This document shows positions 18,721-30,014 of a stretch of 64,000 nt of DNA, one piece after another. Made by a program: the position numbers and the translations under genes. The notes below the pieces were generated by a model that ran no database searches, was not told where the DNA came from, and was given only the letters and a program-made list of their open reading frames with translations. Source of the DNA: Nannocystis radixulma (GTDB lineage Bacteria > Myxococcota_A > Polyangia > Nannocystales > Nannocystaceae). The stretch spans positions 757,253-821,252 of the forward strand of contig NZ_JAQNDN010000024.1 of assembly GCF_028369095.1 (NCBI RefSeq), given 5' to 3'. The first letter of the stretch is position 1; every line of letters begins with the position of its first letter.

Positions 18721-20007
18721 CTACGATCCGCGCTTCGCCGCGGTCTTCTTCGCGGCCCCGACCTTCGCCGGCGAAGCCACTGCCTTCGCCGCGGTCTTCT
18801 TCCTGGCCGCAATCCGCGAAGCCACTGCCTTCGCCGCGGTCTTCTTCCCGACCGCAACCTTCGAGGCCGCCTTCTTCGCGGCCCCGACCTTCGCCGCCGA
18901 ACCAGCCGCCTTCTTCGCGGCACTGACCTTCGCAGCAGCCGTCTTCTTCGCCGTTGTCTTCACGCCGGCAACGACCTTCGCCTCGCCACCTCCGCCGGCC
19001 TGCGGCACGCGAACCAGCTGGAGCGCCGTGCCGCCGACCTGCGCCAGCACGCAGACCTCGCCCGCGACCAGCCCGTCGCGCAGCTCGAGCCCATCGTTCG
19101 TCGGCAGCTCGGCGCGCCGCGTCCCGTCCGCCAGATCGAACACCGCCAGCGCAGGGAAGTCGCCGCCGGCCGTGCCGGTCGACAGCGCCACGACGGCGTC
19201 GGCGGTGAGCAGCGGCGGCGCTTGCTGCGACACGACCCGCTTCGTGCGCCATCGCTGCGCCCCGGTCGCCAGCTCGAGCAGCGCCAGTTCGCCGAGCGTC
19301 GGCTCGAGCACCGCCACCACCTCCGCGTTCGCGCCGACGCAGATCAAGTGGTCCTTCCGCGCCCCCTTCATCGTGAAGCTCCACATCGGCTCACCGCTCG
19401 ACGGATCGAGCCGCGCCAGCTTGCCCCCGGTCCCGACCGCCAGCATCGCGTGACCCGTCACGACCACCAGTTGGTCGGTCTTCCACTTCAGCTTCCCTTC
19501 GCGCCCGAGCGCCACGAACACCCAGTCGACCAAGCACAGGAACCCCCCCGCGATCGCCCGCAGATCGCCGACCTGCTGGCGCTTGATCGGCGTCGTCTTG
19601 CGCTCCGTCGCCGCGTCGACGAGGACCAGCGACGTCGCGGGACCGAACCGCTCCGACGCCACCAGGAACGCGAACGTGCCCTCGCCGTAGGCCACCTCGC
19701 ACGTGTTCGCGGGGGCCGGCACGCGCCGCACCACTGCGCCGCTCGCCAGGTCGAGGAACACCAGCTCCTGCACGAACGGCGGATCGAGCGGGCTCCGCAA
19801 CACCACGGGCATGCCGTCGAAGACACCGACCAGCTTCGCCCCGTCCGCGACCTCGACCTCCCACAGCCGCTCCCCCGCCAGCGACGCCGCGGCGAACCTC
19901 TCGTGGTCGGTCTTCCAGTAGACCGCCTGCGCGTCGACGCAGCGCGCCTCGTGGAGGTCACAGGAGAACGTGGCGACCGTCTGCAGACCCGCGGCGCGCT
20001 TCGGCAT
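18721..20007 (-). CDS. Beta-propeller-like protein with a C-terminal histone H1-like AKKAA repeat tail
   Basis: Internal ATG at 20005-20007. The C-terminus is AKKTAAAKVSAAKKAAGSAAKVGAAKKAASKVAVGKKTAAKAVA…, encoded by DNA-level tandem repeats at ~18730-18960. Confidence 0.6.
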   Translation of the reverse strand: MPKRAAGLQTVATFSCDLHEARCVDAQAVYWKTDHERFAAASLAGERLWEVEVADGAKLVGVFDGMPVVLRSPLDPPFVQELVFLDLASGAVVRRVPAPANTCEVAYGEGTFAFLVASERFGPATSLVLVDAATERKTTPIKRQQVGDLRAIAGGFLCLVDWVFVALGREGKLKWKTDQLVVVTGHAMLAVGTGGKLARLDPSSGEPMWSFTMKGARKDHLICVGANAEVVAVLEPTLGELALLELATGAQRWRTKRVVSQQAPPLLTADAVVALSTGTAGGDFPALAVFDLADGTRRAELPTNDGLELRDGLVAGEVCVLAQVGGTALQLVRVPQAGGGGEAKVVAGVKTTAKKTAAAKVSAAKKAAGSAAKVGAAKKAASKVAVGKKTAAKAVASRIAARKKTAAKAVASPAKVGAAKKTAAKRGS

Positions 20008-20297
20008 GCGGCCGGACACTACCACGCACGCATCGCCGGCGAGGCGCTCACCCGGTCACCGCGCGCGGTAGCTCGCACTGCAGCAGGCGCTCGTCGGCCG
20101 CCTCACCACCTACATGCCAGGTCCCGGCACCGAGCTGCTTGGCCCCCCGTGGCCCATCCTCTGTACTGCGCAGCCGCGCGAGGCGGACGACATCGGCCTT
20201 GATCGCCGCGACGCAGCGCTTCGCGGTAGACGGCCCGGCAGGCAGTTCCGATCGCGGGCCGCGGTCCGAGGGGGCGGCCTCCGATAGGTTGTAGGCG

Positions 20298-21590
20298 ATG
20301 ATCGCCGCCTTGCTCGCGCTGCTTGCCGCGCCGACCGTGACGCCGGGCGAGGACGCGCACTATCACCTCGACAACGGGCTCGAGGTGATCCTCCTCCACG
20401 ATCGCCGGGCCCCGCTGGTCGCGGTGCGCCTGCGGATCCACGCCGGCAGCGTCGACGATCCGCGCGGGCGCAGCGGGCTGGCCCACGTGGTCGAACACAT
20501 GGCCCATGAAGGGTCGACCCACGTGCCCCGCGAGCAGCGCGAGATGCTCGAATACCTGCTGTCGGCCCACGCGAACAACGCGGAGACCGGGTTCTATGCG
20601 ACCGAGTATTACTACACGGCGCCGGCGCAGGCGACCGAGCACGTGCTGTGGATCGAGGCCGATCGCCTCGGCTTCGTGCGCAGCCAGCACGGGGCGGCGA
20701 CGCTCGACGCGGTGCGCCGGATCGTGATCAACGAGCGGCGCGAACGGGCCGAGCAGGACCCGTTCGCGCGGCTCGAGATCCAGGCGTTGTCGGCGTTGTT
20801 CCCGGCGGGCCACCCGTATCACGGGGCGGTGATCGGCAGCGCCGACGATCTCGCGGCCGCGAGGATCGCCGACGTCGACGCGTTCCTCGGCCGCTGGGTG
20901 CAGCCGGGCAACGCGACGCTGGTGCTGGTCGGCGACCTGCCGGCCGAGACGACGACGTGGATCGAGCGCCAATTCGGCGGATTGCCGGGCACGCCGCGAC
21001 CGCCCGCGCGCAAGGTGCCGCTCGTGAGGTCGACGCAGGAGCGGCGCGTGGCCGCCGAGCAGCCGATCGGCGCGGCCCCTGCCGTGCTCATGGCCTGGCC
21101 GTCGCCCGCGCTCGACGGCGACGGCGACGCGGCGGCCGACGTGCTCGCCGAGGCGCTCGAGCGCGGCGGCTTCGTCCGCCTGGCCCGCGCCGAGGCGCCG
21201 GCGCAGGTGGCCGAATTCTCGGCGACGCAGCGCAGCCTGCCGAACCAGTCGATCTTCTTCGTGCGGGTGATCGGCCGCGTGGACGCGACGCCGGAGGGGC
21301 TCGTCGCGGAGGTCGATCGCGTGCTGGCCCGCGTGGCCGCGGGGGGGCTCGACGAGCCTGCCCTGCGACCCGCTCGCCTGCGGATCGCGCGAGCGCACCG
21401 CAGCGCGAGCCAGGACCTGCAGGACCGCGCCGATCTGCTGGCGAGCGAGGCGGCGGCCGGCAAGCCGCTCGGGGGGTCGACCGATCGCGATGAATGGTCG
21501 GCAGTGACGCCGGAGGCGGTCGCCCGCCTCGTGCGCGAGGTGCTGCGACCCGAGGCGCGCGTGGCCGTGCTGGCGGAGGGCGAGCGATGA
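20298..21590 (+). CDS. M16-family zinc peptidase, active subunit
   Basis: HVVEHMAHEG is the inverted HxxEH zinc-binding motif. Confidence 0.85.
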   Translation: MIAALLALLAAPTVTPGEDAHYHLDNGLEVILLHDRRAPLVAVRLRIHAGSVDDPRGRSGLAHVVEHMAHEGSTHVPREQREMLEYLLSAHANNAETGFYATEYYYTAPAQATEHVLWIEADRLGFVRSQHGAATLDAVRRIVINERRERAEQDPFARLEIQALSALFPAGHPYHGAVIGSADDLAAARIADVDAFLGRWVQPGNATLVLVGDLPAETTTWIERQFGGLPGTPRPPARKVPLVRSTQERRVAAEQPIGAAPAVLMAWPSPALDGDGDAAADVLAEALERGGFVRLARAEAPAQVAEFSATQRSLPNQSIFFVRVIGRVDATPEGLVAEVDRVLARVAAGGLDEPALRPARLRIARAHRSASQDLQDRADLLASEAAAGKPLGGSTDRDEWSAVTPEAVARLVREVLRPEARVAVLAEGER

Positions 21591-21760
21591 GCGGGGCGCG
21601 GCCGACGATGAGCACGGTACTTGCCGCGAGTGACGACGTGCCCCGCGTCGAACTCGGCATGTCCTTCGGGACAGACAGGGCTGCATTTGCCGCGCCGGTG
21701 CGAGCGGCCTCGTGGTGCTCCGGCGAGAGCGCAGGGCCGTGGCAGCGGGCGCGTCGCATC

Positions 21761-23125
21761 GTGCCGCCGGCGGCGAGGGCCAAGATCGTGGGCGTCCTCG
21801 CGTGGCTCACGGCAATGGCCCTCGTCGTCGCGTGCGCCAGCAATCAGTCGTGGCGCTACACGCCGCCGGAGTTGCCCACGGAGGCGCCGCCGGTGGTCGC
21901 GCCGCGGGTCGAGCGGATCGGCGCAGGGCTGCTGCACGTGCGTCGCGCAGGCCCGACGGTGGCGATCGGGCTGGCCTTGCGGACATCTGGGGCGGTAAGC
22001 CCTTCGCTGGCGAGCTTCACCCTCGATCTGGTGGCCCGCGGGCCCGATCGCGCGGTCGAGGACGCGCTCGGCGAGTACGGCGGGGCGCTCACTGCCACGT
22101 GGCTCGGCGACGGGGCGCTGCTGCTGGCCGAGGTCGATGCGGCCGCGTGGGCGCCCGCGCTGGCGACGATCGCGTCGGCGGTGCGCCAGCCGGAATTCAC
22201 GCCGGCCGACGTCGAGGTGCTGCGGGACGAGCGACTGGCGGCGATCCAGCGCCGCGACGGCGATCCAGCGCGGCGTGGCCTGCACACGCTGGTGCGCCGC
22301 GTCGCGCCGAACCTCGACGCGCTCGGCGAGGCGCGCCCGACGGCGCGCTGGTCGATCGAACATGTCCGAATGTCGCATGCCCAATTGCTGCGCGAGGGCG
22401 AACCGACGCTGGTGATCGTCGGCGATCTGCCGCGAGCCGAGCTCGAGCGGGCCGTCGCCGGCCTCGGCGGATGGGGCGTCGCCGCGGCGGAATCGATGTC
22501 TCCGGCCGCGCCAGCGCAGGCCCGGAGCGAGGTGTTGGTGGTACCGCGGCCCGGGCTGGCGCAGACGGCCATCGCCGTCGGTCGCGCGGTCGAGGGCGCC
22601 GACGACCTCGCGCTCGAGCTGGCCGCGGCGGTGGTCGGCTCGGCGCTGCGCGAGGTGCTGCGGCGCGATCGCGGCGATACGTACGGAGTGTCGGTGACGC
22701 ACACGCCGGCGCGCGGTGGCGGCCTGCTGGCGATCGAGACCCAGGTCGAAGCGGCCGCCACCGGGGCGTCGCTGCGGGCGATGATCTCGCAGCTGAAGAC
22801 GGTGCAGGGCCGCTTCCTGACCGGCGACGTGCTGCGGCTGCTCGGCCGCGCGTTTCAGATCGAGCGCATGCTGAGCCACCAGCGCGTGGCCGACGTCGCC
22901 GCCGCGGTGGCGCAGCTCCACGTGTCGGGCCGGCCCGACGACGCTCTGGCGGCCGAGCTGCGCCGGCTCGGGGCGGTGCGCGACGACGACATCGAGCGCG
23001 CGCTGACGATGTGGTTCGAGCCCGCCGCGCTGCAGATCGTGCTGGTCGGCGATCCGGCGACGATCCGCGCCCAGGTCGAGCCGCTCGGCCTCGGTCCGCT
23101 GAAGATCGTGGATGACGGGTCCTGA
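21761..23125 (+). CDS. M16-family peptidase second subunit (probably non-catalytic), lipoprotein; start uncertain
   Basis: Same ORF as 21494..23125. A GTG at ~21761 gives an N-terminal lipoprotein signal, KIVGVLAWLTAMALVVACAS. The alternative ATG at 21587 overlaps the upstream stop (ATGA) but would place the signal peptide 60 aa into the protein. Confidence 0.6.
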   Translation: MPPAARAKIVGVLAWLTAMALVVACASNQSWRYTPPELPTEAPPVVAPRVERIGAGLLHVRRAGPTVAIGLALRTSGAVSPSLASFTLDLVARGPDRAVEDALGEYGGALTATWLGDGALLLAEVDAAAWAPALATIASAVRQPEFTPADVEVLRDERLAAIQRRDGDPARRGLHTLVRRVAPNLDALGEARPTARWSIEHVRMSHAQLLREGEPTLVIVGDLPRAELERAVAGLGGWGVAAAESMSPAAPAQARSEVLVVPRPGLAQTAIAVGRAVEGADDLALELAAAVVGSALREVLRRDRGDTYGVSVTHTPARGGGLLAIETQVEAAATGASLRAMISQLKTVQGRFLTGDVLRLLGRAFQIERMLSHQRVADVAAAVAQLHVSGRPDDALAAELRRLGAVRDDDIERALTMWFEPAALQIVLVGDPATIRAQVEPLGLGPLKIVDDGS

Positions 23126-23201
23126 AGGACATGTCCGGATGGACATCTGAGAACGCGGCCGGGCGGGAACAGGCGGCCCGACCGGCGCGTAGAGCCCGGC
23201 G

Positions 23202-24665
23202 ATGTGGATCGAAGTCGTCACGACGTACGGCCGCACGACGCTCGACGTGGTCCACCTGCGGCCTGCCCCGCGTCGCCGCGGTGGGCTGGCGCTGGGCCTC
23301 GGCGCGCTGGTGTGCGCGGGGGGGCTCGGGCTGTTCGTCAGCGAGGTGCGCCAGGACTGGTCCGGTCATGCCGTCGCGGTGGCGGCGGCGCAGCTGCGCG
23401 GCGAGGTGCGACCGCCCGCGCCCGGGCTCGGCACCGGGGGCCTCGGCGGGGCGCTGGCGCTGCTCGGTCTGGTGCCGCTGGTGGTCGGACTGTCGCGCCT
23501 GCGCGAACGCCCGTCGCAGCGGCTGCCCGGCCTGCCGCGCGCCGCGACGCCGCGCTTCGTCGCCGGCGCGACCGGTCCGTGGATGTTCACCGCGGCCGGC
23601 TGTCGGCGAGTGCCCACGAGCGGCTGCACGCTGGCGCACGGCCCGCTGACGCTGGCGATCCGCGCGGTCCCGGCGGAGACGACCACGTTCGCGCGCGGCG
23701 GCCTCGATCTGCCGCTGCGCTCGCTCGCGACCGCGGCGCTCGGGTTGGTCGGTTTCGCTGCTGTACTTTTGCACATGTCGCAAGAGGCATTGTCGATACG
23801 ACAGGTCGATCTGGAGCCCGACGAGGAGCGCTACGTCGGTCGGGTGGTGCGGGCGACGCTGCCGGCGCGCGAGCAGGTGGCGAGCTCCGGCGACGACGCG
23901 GATGTAGGCGGGATGTCCGGAGAGACAGGCGTGTCGGCGGGCCGGGCGGTGCGTCGGCCGCGGCTCGGCGGGCTGGCGCGAGGTCCGGCGAGCACGGTGC
24001 CGGCGCTGGGCCGCGGGCACGATCCGGCGCAGGCGGCCCGCAGCGCCGGGGTGCTCGGGCTGATGCAGGCGAGCGGGTTCGTCGGCGCCGGCGAGGCGTA
24101 CGCCGGGGCCGACGGCGACGCCGACGTGTGGGGCGGAGCAGGCGGCTCGCAGGTCGGCGAGATCGGCCTCGGCGGCCTCGGACTGGTCGGCACCGGGCGC
24201 GGCGGACCGCTGTCGGGCGAGGGGGTCGGCCTCGACGTGGTCGGCCTGATCGGCAAGGGCTGCGGCGGGTGTCGGGTCGAGCCGAATTCGTGGCAGTCGC
24301 GGTCGGGCGTGGCGTTCGGCGGCCGCGGCACGCGGGTGCCGACGGTGCGACCGGGCAGCGGCGAGGCCCAGGGCGCCCTCGACCGCGACATCATTCGCCG
24401 GATCGTCCGCGCGCACCTGGCCGAGGTCCGCCATTGCTACAACCAGACGCTGGCCCGCGATCCGGAGGCGAAGGGCCGGGTGGCCGTGCAGTTCGTGATC
24501 GGCGGCGCGGGCCAGGTGACCAGCGCCGCGGCGATCGACAGCGATGTCCGCGAACAGGCGCTGTCGGCCTGCGTCGCCCAGGCGGTGCGGCGGTGGAAGT
24601 TCCCGCGGGCCGAGGGGGCAGGCTCGACGGTGGTGACGTATCCGTTCGTGTTCACGCAGGCGTGA
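23202..24665 (+). CDS. Membrane protein with an AgmX/PglI-type (TonB-like) C-terminal domain
   Basis: The C-terminal block IIRRIVRAHLAEVRHCYNQTLARDPEAKGRVAVQFVIGGAGQVTSAAAIDSDV…WKFPRAEG matches the myxobacterial AgmX/PglI C-terminal pattern. The N-terminal half is hydrophobic and Gly-rich. Confidence 0.55.
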   Translation: MWIEVVTTYGRTTLDVVHLRPAPRRRGGLALGLGALVCAGGLGLFVSEVRQDWSGHAVAVAAAQLRGEVRPPAPGLGTGGLGGALALLGLVPLVVGLSRLRERPSQRLPGLPRAATPRFVAGATGPWMFTAAGCRRVPTSGCTLAHGPLTLAIRAVPAETTTFARGGLDLPLRSLATAALGLVGFAAVLLHMSQEALSIRQVDLEPDEERYVGRVVRATLPAREQVASSGDDADVGGMSGETGVSAGRAVRRPRLGGLARGPASTVPALGRGHDPAQAARSAGVLGLMQASGFVGAGEAYAGADGDADVWGGAGGSQVGEIGLGGLGLVGTGRGGPLSGEGVGLDVVGLIGKGCGGCRVEPNSWQSRSGVAFGGRGTRVPTVRPGSGEAQGALDRDIIRRIVRAHLAEVRHCYNQTLARDPEAKGRVAVQFVIGGAGQVTSAAAIDSDVREQALSACVAQAVRRWKFPRAEGAGSTVVTYPFVFTQA

Positions 24666-24742
24666 CGCGGGCGATCACGACCGTCGGGCGCCGGGATTTC
24701 GCGGCGCCCGGGCGAGCGCGTGAAGGATCCGTCGACGGCCGC

Positions 24743-26080
24743 TCACGACTTCGGCGGGAGCACGCGCAGGGCGATTCGGCGGTTCTGCGCGCGACCCTCC
24801 TCGGTGGTGTTGGCGGCGACCGGGTGCTGTTCGCCGTAGCCCTCGGTCTCGACGCGATCGCCGGCGATCCCGCGCGACACCAGCTCCTTCTTCACGTTGT
24901 CGGCGCGCTCCTGCGACAGCTTGAGGTTGGCGTTGGGGTCGCCGGTGTTGTCGGTGTAGCCGCCGATCTTGATGTGCACGTTCGGGTAGGCCTTGAGGAT
25001 CGCGGCCAGGTTCTCGAGCTGCTCGTGCGAGCCGGGGGCCAGCGTCTGCGCGTTGGTGTCGAACACCAGGCGGTCGAACTCGAACCACTCCTTGTCGTCG
25101 TACCTGGCGCTCTTGTTGCGCAAGAACCCCAGCAGCTTGGCCTCGACGCCGTTCTCGCGGAAGCGCAGCTCGCGGTTGACCTCGGCGACGTGGACCGCCT
25201 TGACCTCCGGCTCGGCCTTCGGCATCGGCTTGCTCACGGGCGCGGGAGCGGGCGTGGTGGTCGGGGTCGGCGTGGTGGCGGGGGCGGGTTTGTTGACCGG
25301 CGGGGGAGTGGCCGGAGGCGTGCGGGTGTTGACCGCCGCGGGCGTCTCGTAGCGCGTCACCGCGGTATCGACGGGCTTCTCGGCGCCGCGGCGGTTGTCG
25401 ATGAACCACCAGGCGAGCAGCGCCAGCGGCAGCAGGGCGAGGGGGATGGCCCACCAGGCCGGTCGCTTGGGCTCGACGACGGCGGGGTGCGAGAGGTGCG
25501 GCAGCGACGGGGTCGCCTCGCGGGCGACGTCGTAGATCTGCGCCCGGCCGATGAGGTTGGCCATCGTCGCCGGCACGGCGTTCATGATCTCGCTCTGGTT
25601 GCCGAGCAGCGCCTGGCCGAGCGAGCCGACCGTCAATCCGCCGCCGCGCACGAGGCCGCCGATCGCTCGCAGCATCAGCGGCGCGGCCAGACCCATCAGC
25701 GCCGCCGCGGCGGTGTTGCCGATGCCGGCGTGACGCGCGAGGCTGCCGACCACGTCGTCCGTCCGACCGCCGAACAGGCTCGACATCACGCGGCTGCCGA
25801 GGTCGCGCGCGCGGGTGGCCTCGGCCGCGCCGCTGAGCAGCCGGGCGGGGTCGTCGAGCGTCGAACTGCTCAGCGCGGGGTCCTGGACCATGTTGAAGAA
25901 CTCGCCGAGCGCCAGCGGATCCCTGGCCTTGTTGGCCAGACCGGCGAGCATGGCCGTACCCGCGGCCGCCAGACCCTTCGACGCCGCCGCGCTCGAGATC
26001 CCGAGGGCGGACGCGGCGCCGTTGACGATGCCGCCGGAGGTCAGCGCGTCGCGAACTGTGTCTGTCAGTGAGAACGTCAT
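24743..26080 (-). CDS. OmpA-family protein with an N-terminal DUF937-like domain
   Basis: Internal ATG at 26078-26080 (MTFSLTDTVRDAL…). A Pro/Thr linker is followed by a C-terminal OmpA peptidoglycan-binding domain (…IGGYTDNTGDPNANLKLSQERADNV…NRRIALRV). Confidence 0.75.
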   Translation of the reverse strand: MTFSLTDTVRDALTSGGIVNGAASALGISSAAASKGLAAAGTAMLAGLANKARDPLALGEFFNMVQDPALSSSTLDDPARLLSGAAEATRARDLGSRVMSSLFGGRTDDVVGSLARHAGIGNTAAAALMGLAAPLMLRAIGGLVRGGGLTVGSLGQALLGNQSEIMNAVPATMANLIGRAQIYDVAREATPSLPHLSHPAVVEPKRPAWWAIPLALLPLALLAWWFIDNRRGAEKPVDTAVTRYETPAAVNTRTPPATPPPVNKPAPATTPTPTTTPAPAPVSKPMPKAEPEVKAVHVAEVNRELRFRENGVEAKLLGFLRNKSARYDDKEWFEFDRLVFDTNAQTLAPGSHEQLENLAAILKAYPNVHIKIGGYTDNTGDPNANLKLSQERADNVKKELVSRGIAGDRVETEGYGEQHPVAANTTEEGRAQNRRIALRVLPPKS

Positions 26081-26321
26081 GATGGTTCCTTTCGAGTCGC
26101 GCAGAAGAGTAATCAGGTCGCGCGACGCGACAACCACGCCCCGCCGCCGTGCGCGGCGCCGCTGGATGCGCCGCGATCGCCGTGCGCCGGCGACGGCGAG
26201 GCGGTGGCGGCCTGCACCGGTCCGCCCGCGGCGCCTCGGCCCAATGGCCCGAAGGACATGTCTCAAAAGACTGATGGCTGGCGCTCGAGCCCGCTGCGCC
26301 CCCGTGTGACCCGGGCCGCGC

Positions 26322-28637
26322 TCACGAGGCCGCCGGCTCGCCGTCGAGGATCCGGCGGACCAGGCCGACGAGCGCCTCGCCGGTGAACGGCTTGGCGAGG
26401 AAGCTGGCGGTCGCGTCGAGCTCGGCGGCGGCCTGCATGGCGCGCTCGGGCGAGCCGCTCATGAACAGCACGCGCACGCCGGGGCAGCGCGAGGACACGC
26501 GGTGGGCCAGGCTGGCGCCGGTGGTCCACGGCATCACGAGGTCGGTGACGAGCAGGTCGATCGCGCCACCGTTGCGGTCGCACAGCAGCAGCGCCTCGGC
26601 CGCGTCGGCGGCCGTCAGCACGTGATAGCCGGCCGCCGCGAGCACGCGCAGCACGAGCCGCCGCACCTGCTCGCTGTCCTCGACCAGCAGGACGGTCTCG
26701 CCGCCCGGCGGCCGCAGCTGCGGCGCGGGCGCGACCGAGGGCCGCCGCGGCGCGACCTCCTCCTCGCGCGGGAAGTAGATCCGGAAGGTGGTACCGGCCC
26801 CGAGGTGACTGTCGACGACGATGGCGCCGCCGGCCTGGCGGACGATGCCGTACACGATCGACAGGCCCATGCCGGTGCCGAGCCCGGGCGGCTTGGTGGT
26901 GAAGAACGGCTCGAAGATCCGGGCCCGCGTGACCTCGTCCATGCCGCTGCCGTCGTCGCGCACGGTGAGCACGACGCGCGGACCGGGCGGCAGGTCGATG
27001 TGCACGCCGTCGTCGTCGCCGGCCTCGAGTCGGGCGGTGGCGATCACGACGCGACCGCCGGCGCGGGTGGCGTCGCGGGCGTTGATCACGAGGTTGACGA
27101 GGATCTGATCGAGCTGCCCGGGGCCCATCCGCACCGGACACGGCGCGCCGGCCAGCGAGCAGGTGAGGAGCCGATCCTCGCCGAGCAGGCGGACGAGCAT
27201 GCCGCGGAGCTCGCGGGTCTTGGCGCTGATGTCCATGATCTCGGGCGCGACGACGTCGCGGCGGCTGAAGCTCAGGAGCTGCTGCGTGAGCGCGGCGGCC
27301 CGCTCGCTGGCCTTGCGGATCTCCTCGAGGTCGGCGACCTCGCTGCCGCTCGCCCGGCTGGCGGCGACGCTCTGCTCGAGCATGCCGGTGTAACTGAGGA
27401 TCACGGTGAGGAGGTTGTTGAAGTCGTGGGCCACCCCGGCGGCCATGCGCCCGAGGACCTCCATCTTCTGCGCCTCTTGAAAGCGCCGCTCGAGGTGCCG
27501 CTCGCGGGTGACGTCGAGGACGTGGGCGAGCACGAGGTCGGGCGGGACGAAGCCGAGCGAGACGACGTAGATCGAGGGCAGGCCGCCGATGCCGGCGAGC
27601 TCGATCTCGCGGCGACTGGGGGCCTCGCTGCCGGCGCAGGTGCGCAACGCCTCGGCGAGGTCGGGGCGGTCGGGCAGCAGCTGGTCGAGGCTGCGACCGA
27701 TCCACCCCGGCACGCGGCCGTCGCTGAGCGTGAAGGCGGCGCGGTTGTGATCGACGAGCACGAAGCTGTCGCCGCGCTGTTGCCACACCACGGTGGCGAT
27801 CGGCAGGCGCTCGTAGAGATCGCGGGCGTGACGCTCGCTGGCCCGCAGCGCGTCGACGATGCGGGCCCGCTCGGCGAGCGCGCCGACCCGGCCGGCGACG
27901 ACGTGCAGCATCTCCTGCTCCTCGCGCAGGAAGTAGCGCTCGCGCGGGACGTCGCTGTCGACGATCCGGCACACCTCGACGACGCCGACGGCCCGGCCCT
28001 CGACGTTGATCGGCGCCGACTGGCTGCACGGGTCGGAGGCGAAGCGGGGCGAGGTGTAGAGGCGGTTGCCGAGCTGGATCCGCGCCGCGACCTCGGGCGG
28101 GTAGCTGTAGCCGCGCGGGATCCGGTCGGCGATCTGCCACAGCGCCTCGTCGAGCGTGGACTCGTCGCCGGCGATCGAGGAGACCTCGTAGAGCAGCTCG
28201 AGCTCCTTGAGCCGCTCGCGCACGTCGTGCTCGGCGCGGCGCAGCGGCGAGATGTCGGTGATGAAGCCCTCGAGCACGGCGCTCTTGCCCTCGCCGCGGA
28301 TGAGGCGGCCGCGCTCCCACACCTGCTTGGTGCGCCCGGCGCGGTCGCGGATCCGGTACTCGAGCGTGAACGACTGGCCGGCCGCGACCGCCGACTCGAC
28401 CGCGGCCTCGACCGCGCGGCGGTCCATCGGCACGATCAGCTCGGCGTAGGCCCGCCGTTCGCTCGCCAGCAATTCATCGGGGCGAAAGCCGGTGAGCTCG
28501 AGCGCGCCGGCGCTGACGTAGTCGAGCGTCCAGGCGCGGTCGGCCCGGCAGCGATAGACCATGCCTGGCAGGCTGTCGAGCAGCGCGGCGAAATCGTGCG
28601 CCGTGCATGCCTCTCCCTCGGACTCGGGCATATGCAC
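26322..28637 (-). CDS. Hybrid sensor histidine kinase with PAS/GAF sensors and a C-terminal receiver
   Basis: H-box HDFNNLL, an HATPase_c segment (DDGSGMD…GLGTGMGLSIV), and a receiver with LLVEDSE…DLLVTDLVMP. Confidence 0.9.
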   Translation of the reverse strand: MHMPESEGEACTAHDFAALLDSLPGMVYRCRADRAWTLDYVSAGALELTGFRPDELLASERRAYAELIVPMDRRAVEAAVESAVAAGQSFTLEYRIRDRAGRTKQVWERGRLIRGEGKSAVLEGFITDISPLRRAEHDVRERLKELELLYEVSSIAGDESTLDEALWQIADRIPRGYSYPPEVAARIQLGNRLYTSPRFASDPCSQSAPINVEGRAVGVVEVCRIVDSDVPRERYFLREEQEMLHVVAGRVGALAERARIVDALRASERHARDLYERLPIATVVWQQRGDSFVLVDHNRAAFTLSDGRVPGWIGRSLDQLLPDRPDLAEALRTCAGSEAPSRREIELAGIGGLPSIYVVSLGFVPPDLVLAHVLDVTRERHLERRFQEAQKMEVLGRMAAGVAHDFNNLLTVILSYTGMLEQSVAASRASGSEVADLEEIRKASERAAALTQQLLSFSRRDVVAPEIMDISAKTRELRGMLVRLLGEDRLLTCSLAGAPCPVRMGPGQLDQILVNLVINARDATRAGGRVVIATARLEAGDDDGVHIDLPPGPRVVLTVRDDGSGMDEVTRARIFEPFFTTKPPGLGTGMGLSIVYGIVRQAGGAIVVDSHLGAGTTFRIYFPREEEVAPRRPSVAPAPQLRPPGGETVLLVEDSEQVRRLVLRVLAAAGYHVLTAADAAEALLLCDRNGGAIDLLVTDLVMPWTTGASLAHRVSSRCPGVRVLFMSGSPERAMQAAAELDATASFLAKPFTGEALVGLVRRILDGEPAAS

Positions 28638-28937
28638 GTCAGCATAGCGGACGGGCCGCGTGCATTCCCATCTCGCGGCCAGTGACGAGGCTCGCGACGC
28701 GAGGGACGCCGTTTACGGCGCGGCGGGCGCGACACCGCGTCGAGGCGATGGACCCTTGGAACAGGCTGAGGCCGTCGATCCGCGCCCGCCGCCGGGCGCG
28801 GCGTCGGCAGCAGCAGACGAGCAAAGGACCGGGGTCGGGATCGATGCGCGGGGTCGTCCGACCCCGCTGGAGCGAGGCGTGGGGGTCAATGTCTCAAGGA
28901 ACATGTTCTCTTGAGCATGTCCTCGAAGACAGCACGT

Positions 28938-29960
<1,023 letters not shown>

Positions 29961-30014
29961 GGCCCGACTCTACCCCGCTTGCGTCGGCGCGAGCGACGGC
30001 CTACCGTCGCTGGC

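Noticed and set aside
13967-19384. A 1805-aa minus-strand ORF spanning five plus-strand genes
   Set aside because: The translation is R/A/G/P-rich with no domain signal. It runs antisense to well-supported genes (ThrRS-like, OMT). This is the typical high-GC antisense open frame.
21587-21760. ATG at 21587 overlapping the M16 subunit 1 stop, considered as the start of subunit 2
   Set aside because: It would put the lipoprotein signal peptide ~60 aa inside the protein. The interval also contains the AT-rich intergenic CATGTC motif. A GTG start at ~21761 is preferred, with the alternative noted.
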